This document shows positions 53,170 to 64,000 of a stretch of 64,000 bases of DNA, piece by piece. Position 1 is the stretch's first letter; every line of letters starts with the position of its first letter. The notes below the pieces were generated by a model. That model did no database searches. It had not been told where the DNA came from and was given only the letters and a program-made list of their open reading frames with translations. Source of the stretch: Camelus dromedarius (taxonomy: Eukaryota); assembly GCF_036321535.1 (NCBI RefSeq), contig NC_087437.1:70000001-70064000 (forward strand), read 5' to 3'. Both the position numbers and the translations under genes were made by a program.

Positions 53170-54110
53170 TTCTTTTGTCTCTTATGCAGCCAAACTTCTT
53201 GAAAGAATTGTCTTGTTTGGTGTCTCTCATTAATACTCATTAATATTTAGTCTTCAACTCAGTTCAGCCTGGCATTCAACCCACCACTGCTTTGAAACTC
53301 CTCTTGCTAAGGGCACCAGTGTTACGAATCCAATGTTAACATGTCTGTATATCTCTAACTTGACCTCTCAGCCACTTCAATACAGTTTACTCTTCCCTTC
53401 TCTGATTGTTTAATACCATACCCTCTTGTTTTCCTCCAACTTCATGGCTTTTCTTTACCAGATTCTTATTAATTGACATCTCCTCCTCTGCTTGTTTGGC
53501 TTCCTATAAATGTGAGAATTCTTTGGCCCTCTGCGTGGCTCTATGTACATTCTCCCCAGGTGATTTCATTCAGTCTGACAATGAAAATACTATCTATAGC
53601 CCAATTAATCTAAACTTGACATCTCCAGCTCCAACCTCTCTCTTGTATTACAACCTAATGTATTCAACCAGCCACTTAAACATAACATATGTAAATAAAA
53701 CTCTTTATCCCCTCAAATGTTGTATCTCCACGTCTTCCCTCAGTAAGATATCTCCATTTTTTTCCAAAGCTCTAAGCTCATTCTTACTTCAGGGTTTTCA
53801 GCCTTTGTTTTCTCCATCTGGAACCACCTCCTCCTATGTCTTCACATGATCAGCTCCTTCTCATCATTTAGATCTTGATTCACTTGTCACTTCCTCCGAG
53901 ATGCCTCTAGGTCACCCTGGCTAAGGTGGATCTCAGCATTTGTCACAACACCCTGTTTTGTCTCTCTGTAGTACATATCATGACCTGAAATCTTGTTCAT
54001 TTGTTTATGACTTATTTACTCCCCATGCCCACTAGATTATAAATTCCATGAAGGCAGTAACCAGTGTTTAGTTTAGTGCCTGGCAGATAATAGGGTCATA
54101 CAAATATTAA
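53170..54110 (+). mobile_element. L2
   Basis: cttgctaagggcaccagtg...ttgacctctcagc...; 3' end tagtgcctggcagataatagg. Confidence 0.8.
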
Positions 54111-54639
54111 GTTATAAATTTTAGGATGATATGTAAATTATGTATTAGAGTCAAAGCCATAGATTGTTGACAATGATTGAGTCCTTCAGAATTTCTTTTA
54201 TTTTACTTGTAGTAATGGGTCCTGATTGAGCCCTACCTGAAACTCATATATGTCTGAAGAACTACAGTAAGTTTGTGGGTAGGAAGCTTCCTGGTGTCTG
54301 TTTTATTAATTTGAATTAAATGGAAGATATCTTTAAGAAGGAAGTTTGTGAGGCAATTCAAAGAATTCAGGAGCATCTGTGGAATGGGAGTAAAGATGAG
54401 AAAGAGAGAAGACTGTTTCTTAGTGAAATCCCAAATACGAGGCACAAAGTCAATACATAAGGAATCTACCAGAGGAAGCAAACAGAACCATTTAAAAATA
54501 AATTTGTTAAACTAAAAAGATACAAGCAATGTTGTCTCAATAACCAGGTAGAAAAGTGAGACACTACATTGGGAAAAGGGCATCTCAACATCTCTGTACA
54601 CCTGTCTCCAGTGCAGGATGGAGAACGGGTGATACTGAT

Positions 54640-54960
54640 CCTTGTAACCTCTTAAGGGTTTGCAGCTTTGGGGACCTTGGAAACAGTCCTCCAGGAAGTC
54701 AGAGTTCTCACTTCTTGGTTCTGCTTTGTTAGGATCAGCTCTTGTCTCAGACTATCATGTTCACAAATGGCTGTGGCAGAACCAGACACTACATCCTCAT
54801 TCACATCCAATGTGAATGACAGTGAAAGTTTCTTGCCAGAAATCCTAAGAAAAAGTCTCACTCTATCCCATCAACTTTAACTTGTCATAGACCCATTCTT
54901 GAATCAATCACCATGGTAAGGGAGACGCTCTAATAATGAGCTGAATCCAGGGTTCTCCAC
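54640..54960. mobile_element. MLT1J/K-like MaLR LTR fragment
   Basis: aaatggctg...ctacatcctca...cccattcttgaatcaatcaccatgg motifs. Confidence 0.5.
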
Positions 54961-55399
54961 TTTTAGAGGTCAGGGCTGGGCTCCCTGAAACTAAAACTGG
55001 GAACAATAAGATGACTGTGGCTCAGAAAGTTGAGGTGATTTCTTTTCATTCATTCATCAGCACTTATTGAGCACCTACCACGTTCTTCTAGGTGCTGATG
55101 ATATCATGGTGAGCAAAGCACACAAAATCCCATCAATTGTAGCAAATGCTTAAAATGTCAAAGCCACTTAATTACTTTATGGCACTATCTCAAGTAACCT
55201 ACTCATTTTCTGGAAATGGAAGTGTGCCCAGGGTGTCTCTACTTCACATCAGAGTAGAGAGGAATCATTCAGCAGGGCTGCCAGTTCTCCTCATTTATAA
55301 GTCTTGCATGATGTGACTCCCCAGCTACCAAAAGCTACAATCACCCAGAACGACCATCATCTTTCCCCTGAACTCAGAGGTTGTCAGCTGCTGAAACTG

Positions 55400-58300
55400 T
55401 TTGCCTGCACCCAATATACAAGCCTATGCATGGACAGAAAGGAAGCTGTGAGGGCAGAAGCACGGATGATGGGGTCATGGCTTCCTCTAGACACCAAAGA
55501 AACTTCACCTGTGACCTCTCGACAGGAGCATTCACTGCATTTTATTATAATGTTATTCTCTATAGTTATTTTTATTTTTAGGCTGGGGGAAAGTGAGGCA
55601 TCAGAAGAAAGAATGCTGATGGGGGTTTGGGTAAGGGAAAGAGAGCTAATAAATATTTCTTTTCCAAATATGAAAATACTCAACATTAAGGATAAGTAGC
55701 TTGCCTGAGAAAGCTCAGAGTCGAAATGAAGCATGAATTATTGATTTTTAGTAAATCAGGAACTAACATTTTACTTTTATTCCCCACCCTCTGCTCTTTA
55801 ATTTTGGCAATAATTCAACAGTCTCTTTCATGTCCAGAAGTCTCCCGTCAAAGACCACCTGATATTTTCATTTTATCTTCTTTTCTCACTCGCATTCTCT
55901 CCTTTCTTATTTTTCTCTTTCATCCTCTCTCCCTCTTCCATTTCCATTTCTCTCATTCTCTTGCTCTCCTCTTTCCCCTTCTTTTTGCTTTAGGGTGTAT
56001 CCTAGCAACAGCTATTTCAATTAAAAAAGATGGGAAGGGCCATCAGTGTTGCCACAGTTACCAGTATTTCCTGCTGTCACTAGAGGAAGTAACTTGTGCA
56101 TACATCATAATGGAATCAGATGTAATCAGATGTTTTGGCACCTTTCTTGCTACTCTGCCTTTCTCCTCAACATCCAGAGATAATGAGAGTTCTCCACATT
56201 AAAAAATTTACCAAATTTCTCATAGTGTCATGCATGTTATCATTTAGTAAGATATGGCCCAGATGTTTATAAAAGAGTTTGGGGAAATACAAAATGGCAA
56301 TAATAGCAATAACTAGAGTTTAACATCATTTTAGGGGGCAACAATTCAATTCATTTGACATGCTGTCAGATTTCCAATAAAAACGGATAACAATTTTGTT
56401 TGCCAATAGAGTCTATACTATGATAATGACCCAATATCAGATATATTTGCCTTTTGGAAATATAATAACAATACTACTTTGAACCTATATACCATCATTT
56501 AAGTGCTATATACAATTTTTAAAGATGACAATAGCTCTTAAAAATGTCTACAAATTTCTATCATAAAAATAAAAAATTCATTCAGCATAATCTCCTCTGT
56601 TCATCATAAAAAGATAACTGTTAGTATCCAGGAACTAATTCAAAGATTGTCTGATATCAGGCCTAGAACACAAATATGGGGCCCTGAAGACCTAAGACCA
56701 GCCTCCATATGTGGCCCCAGTTCTGAACTCATATTCCCCAGACGAGTCAGATTAAAATATTTACAATTTTCCTATATCATAACCTTACAGTGACATACCC
56801 TCTCACAAAACCCTTATACTTCCTTATTTTATTCCCACAATGACCCTATAAGAATGCACCTTCCCCATTTTATAGATGATCAAGCTAAAACCCAGGGATT
56901 TTAATGACTTTAGTGACAGAGGACTTGGCACCAGTACTTTCGACTCCTTTTTACTCCTAACTTACTGCACAGTGCTTTCCTTCCACCAGATGCCAATGAA
57001 GTGGTACCCATGCATGTTTTTTCCCCTACTTCTGTATTAGTTCCTCCTGGGAGTGTTTCCTGAGTAAATAATTTGTGCATGAATTCTCCTCTGGAGTCAA
57101 CTTCTGGAGAACCTGACCTAAGTAAGGTAACAACTCTGATTGGGGCACTCTTTCTCCCTGGCTCCAGCTCTCACTAATTTCTGACCTCAACCCTTCATGC
57201 CTGGGGTTGGTAACAATTCACATTGTTGCTAATCCTGGGGAACTTTAACAGCTTTGGTTCCCTTAACCCTACTCACACTCTTTTTAGTTAATTGAAGTCT
57301 CATGAGATAACCTTAGTTGGTTTCTGTTTAGTGCTGACAGAGCCTACTAACTGATCTCCCCAATTTCCCTTTCACCCTTCCTCTTCCTTCAATCCAACCT
57401 CCATAAAATGGCTGGGGTGATAATTAAAACATCTTAATTAGATCACATCACTCTCTGCTTAAAACCATCAATGGATCCTCACCATGCACAGATAATGTCC
57501 AAGTTCCCTGCCATCATATAGGAGGTCTTTCATGCTTCAGCTGGGATATTCAGCCTCAGTTCTGACCACTTCCTTCCTAATATAATGCAGCAATGGCAAA
57601 CTGCATGTAATTCCCAACACAGGTCAGGCTGCATCTCACCTCTCTGCTTTGGTTTGATGCATGCTGCTTCCAAAGTATGACATGCTCTCTTCTCCTCCAA
57701 ACATCACTAATTGATGCCTCCAGTTCAAGCAAGTGTCACCTCTGCGGGAAGGCTGAGAGTTCCTGGAAGATAGGGATTATTCACTTATTAGTTTTATACC
57801 CTCAGTTTCAGCCTGACACGGGATAGAAAGCGTGTTGAAAGAATGGCCTTTCAGGGAGTCAAAATAGCTATTACTATGCTAAAGCAACCTTGACAAACCC
57901 TCGGTTATTACAGGAGCTATCTTTGAAAAGTGAACCAATGATGTTAATAATTGCCATTTATTTGTGCCAAAACTGTACCAGACACTTAATACTTAATGTA
58001 TGTTATTATTAATCTTCACAACAAATATGAGGTATTATTACTCTTTTTTTTTTAATATGAGAAAATTTAAGCTCAGAAAGACGAGAAATGTCCCTTAGGT
58101 CACACAGTGAATAGGGATTTGTTGGGGATTTGAGCCCTTCCTTGTTGACCTTCATTCCAAAGACTGTGCTCACTCCTTTACAGAAAAGCATTTGCGTCAT
58201 GATGTAAAGTAGAATGGTACCTATGACCTCACATGGGCACAGCCCTCAACCACGTCCTTTCGCAGACTCCCGGTCACCACGAAGAAGAAGGACACATCAG

Positions 58301-58431
58301 TTTTATCTATCCATGTTTATATTAAATTCATAAAGCTTCAGCAGCATAATCAATACTCTATATGTATATCTATTTCCAGCCGCTATAGAAGGCATTTTGT
58401 TTGGGGCATTCCATCTGAAGAGGCGGTAGAA
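55400..58431 (-). pseudogene. Tentative upstream exons of the GREB1-like gene
   Basis: 58306-58233 is open (DKTDVSFFFVVTGSLRKDVVEGCAH, donor gtgagg; may extend to acceptor at 58431). Others: ~56190-56062 (VARKVPKHLITSDSI), 55858-55775 (VVFDGRLLDMKETVELL), ~55535-55405 (SQVKFLWCLEEA). Phases not fully resolved. Confidence 0.4.
57945..58175 (-). mobile_element. MIR SINE
   Basis: ttaatcttcacaacaaatatgaggtattatta...gagaaaatttaagctcagaaag...ggtcacacag. Confidence 0.8.
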
Positions 58432-59048
58432 CTAGAGGCAGTGAGATATTTACACAGAATAAATAAATCCTTGCTATATACTCTATACAATAAAATACTC
58501 ATGGAACATTACTTCCCTGCAAGAGCTACTCTACAGCCTGCATTCCTGTGAATATGTTTCATGAGTTCTCTTAGGGCTCAGCAAGGCCCTGATCACATGC
58601 TGATCACACACACAGAGCCAGATTCAGACAATTAAAGCCCTGATTTGTTTTTGCTACCCTCAAAACTTGATAACTAATGGTAGCAGTACTTAATGTAGCA
58701 TTTTATAAGCAACAGTGAATTACCTGTGGTTAGTGACTAACAATATATTAGTATGGTTATACGCAACAACAAAAATGTCCACAAATGTGTGATCATGTTA
58801 CAAGCAAAAAAAGGTTACACAAAATCACAGAATAGGCAACTCAGGAAAAGAGACCTGCCTCCTTTTGACTTTTGCCTCCAGAGTGTGCTTTTAGAGTCTC
58901 TTTCAGTACTGCACGATGTGGCCACCTCCACAGCAATATGGCCCCTCTCGGCACTCTGCCACCCCAATGAAAGGATTAACTTGTCCTGTTCTGCCTAGGG
59001 CTTTACTGGTTTGAAAATTTCACATGCCAGGCTTCTAGTTACAGCAAC

Positions 59049-59501
59049 CGTAGTAGGCAGAAGAGTAGCTCCCAAAAGATGTCTGCATCCTAATCCCTGG
59101 AACCTACGAATATGTTACCCTACGTGCAAGAGTGACTTTACAGTGTAAGTTAAAGCTCTTGAGATGGAGAGAGTGGCTTGGATGATCCAGGTGGGCCCTA
59201 TCTAACTAATCTCATGGGTCCTTACAATCAAAGAACATTTTCTGGCTAGAGACAGAGAGTAACATGACTGTGGAAGAATGGTCACAGAAAAGCAACATTG
59301 CTGGCTTTGAAGGCAGAGCATGGGGCCCTCCAGAAACCAGAAAAAGTAATGAAACAAATTCTCTCTACACCTTCAGAAAGAAACACATCCCGCTAACACT
59401 TTGAGTTTAGCTCAGTAACTCTCATGTTGGATCTGATCTACAGAACTGTAAAGATAATAAATGCTTTAAGCTATAAGTTTATGGCAATTTGTTAGGACAG
59501 C

Positions 59502-59551
<50 letters not shown>

Positions 59552-59577
59552 GTAATAATAATAGTAATAATAATACA
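59049..59577 (+). mobile_element. MLT1D-like MaLR solo LTR with (TAA)n expansion
   Basis: gtagtaggcagaa...cctaatccctggaacct...gaatatgttacc...; TSD gcaac/gtaac; (TAA)n at 59502-59574. Confidence 0.85.
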
Positions 59578-59687
59578 GTAACCAGCTTATCCTGATTTGC
59601 CCAGGACTGTCCTGGTTATAAAGCTAAAAATCCCACATTCTGGGGACCACTTCAGGCCTGGACAAACCAGGACAACTGGTCACTCTA
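59578..59687. mobile_element. MER81-like hAT-Blackjack MITE
   Basis: atcctgatttgcccaggactgtcctgg ... ggacaaaccaggacaactggtcactcta. Confidence 0.7.
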
Positions 59688-59764
59688 CTCTCATTTCTTC
59701 ACTGATATCTAAGTATCTAAGTACTCTTCAGCTGAAATTATACGGCTTCGCAAAAGACATCCTG

Positions 59765-59945
59765 AAGTAGTGATTCTCAAACACTAGTGTGAATCAGGAT
59801 CACCTGGGGGACTTAAAACTGAGTTTTGCCCCCAGAGTTTCTGACTCAGTAGGTCAAGAATGGAGTCTGAGAATTTGCATTTTTAACATGTTCTCAGGGT
59901 ATGCTGATGTGTTGGTTTAAGGACCATAATTTTAAACAATTGTCC
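59765..59945. mobile_element. MER5A MITE
   Basis: agtgattctcaaac...gaatcaggatcacctgg...ccccagagtttctgactcagtaggtc...gaatttgcatttttaaca. Confidence 0.8.
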
Positions 59946-60557
59946 TAAGACACAAAAACCTCTGGGACAACCATGAATAGAATTTCATCTATTCACTCAC
60001 ATGCCAGGCATACATAAAAATGAGATGAGTTTGTGGGGAGGTACCAATTGTTAGATCTTATCAAACACACAACTCTGAAATCTCTTTGATCTGCTGGAGC
60101 ACTTGTGCGAAACACTTCCTCAGTGATGCAGTGAAGTGGGTTCTGATCCCATTCCTGCCTTTTATAAACCTTTAGACCCTGGGCAAGTTACCTACTACTT
60201 GGGCTCTCAAAATTGGAGCTAATACACGTACAGTACCTGGCATGATGTCTGGCATATGACATATGCTCAATAAATGATAGCCATGCAAGAAGACAGACCT
60301 TTTCCAAAATACCACTCTCATACGGCTCATACAACCTAACAAGGATGTGGAAGGGGAAGGTGAATGTTTGCTGTTCAACCCTGGTGTGAAGATTTGAAGT
60401 CTTGGCTATATCATTCAAATTCAGCAATATTCCCAGCACATTCCAATAGTATAGGTTTCCTGGATTCTCCTATTTTTCACTCATTCAAAAACACATTTGA
60501 AGCACTTCTTATATACAAATCTCCAAGTTAAACGTTGTGTCCCTTCTAAGTTTAGCG

Positions 60558-61010
60558 TTCATTCATTCAGTAATTTATTTAACAAATATGTATTAAGGAC
60601 CTGCATATAGTACAGCAGACTAGTGTAGGCGCTGGCATTGTCATGGACAGTAAGACAGAAAAGATCTCTGCTCCGATAGAACCTATGTTTTAGTGAAGTG
60701 AAACCAAGAAGGAATGAAGATAAGAGGAGAGGTGAAAAGAAAATAAGAATATTAGTGGTGTTAAGCACTATGGTAAGACAAAGCTGGCAAGGGACTGCTT
60801 TATAGTAAAAAAGAAGCCAGGGACATCCTCTATAAGGAGGTAATATTTGAGTTGATATCTGAATAACTTGGGGAAAGTTATTGCAAACAGAGGAACAGCT
60901 AGTATAAGCTAAGGAAGAATGAGCTTGGTACGTACAAGATTAGTGGCCAAAGGAATAACAATGTGAACAAATCAGAGAGAGCAATGGGGAGAGGTATGAG
61001 ATGGAAGGAT
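60558..61010 (-). mobile_element. L2 3' portion
   Basis: ttcattcattcagtaatttatttaacaaatatgtattaaggacctgc... Confidence 0.75.
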
Positions 61011-61202
61011 TCTGTGACTCTGTGATGCTGTACATCTTAGGTTGGTGTGGATTAACACGTGGCAGCAGGAAGCCTCATTGGGTGGGAAAAATCTTCCCCT
61101 AAGGTGTATTTTCTATACATAATTAATATCTGTTATTCTTACGGCTAAACTGGTTTCTGCTTGTAGTAAATATCTGTTGTTATTGTAAGCCCGACATCTC
61201 TC

Positions 61203-63677
<2,475 letters not shown>

Positions 63678-64000
63678 AGAGCTGGCACCAAGTATGAGGC
63701 AGGACTTCCTCTCTGCTCATTGACCATCACTGTTCTGTCAGAGTGGGGTCTGATTCCAAGTTGCTGAAGCAGAAGCCCTGATGGTCTGGCTCAAGTTGGC
63801 TTCACTTCCTTCAGGTGTGTGTTTTTCACTCTCCCCACACCAAGACCTTATCCCCAGAGGAGAGGAGTGTTGAAGCAAGTGGGGCCTGTGCATGGAGAGA
63901 GGTCTGATGTGCTGCCTATGTAGATGACTGTGGCTCAGCTCATTTTCAGCCTTGGATGCAAGTCCCAATTGTCTCTCACAGGTGATCACTGCCCCCTACT

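Overview
Mammalian genomic DNA, AT-rich and repeat-dense. A Vic-1-type tRNA SINE and the L1 3' UTR type point to a camelid. Most of the window is recognisable interspersed repeat: L1 of several ages, L2, MIR, MER5/MER58/MER81, MLT1/MLT2, MER68, and an LTR16-flanked ERVL provirus. The only genuine protein ORFs in the supplied track are L1 ORF2 remnants. The main result is on the minus strand. About 30 short AG..GT-bounded segments lie in the unique DNA between repeats (42.7 kb down to 1.7 kb, tentatively from 58.4 kb). They splice in phase into roughly 950+ codons whose motifs run collinearly with the GREB1/GREB1L family as I recall it (permuted SF2-helicase-like region plus C-terminal TET/JBP-associated glycosyltransferase). 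It is far too divergent to be GREB1 or GREB1L itself. It carries about 44 in-frame stops, mostly TGA, yet splice sites and exon phases are nearly all intact. It is therefore either a CpG-decayed unitary pseudogene or a recoded/edited gene. Other notable items are a probable spliced L1 retrocopy, a 29-nt U6 5' fragment with a TSD, and several nested insertions. Family names and the GREB1 similarity come from recalled sequences, not database searches.
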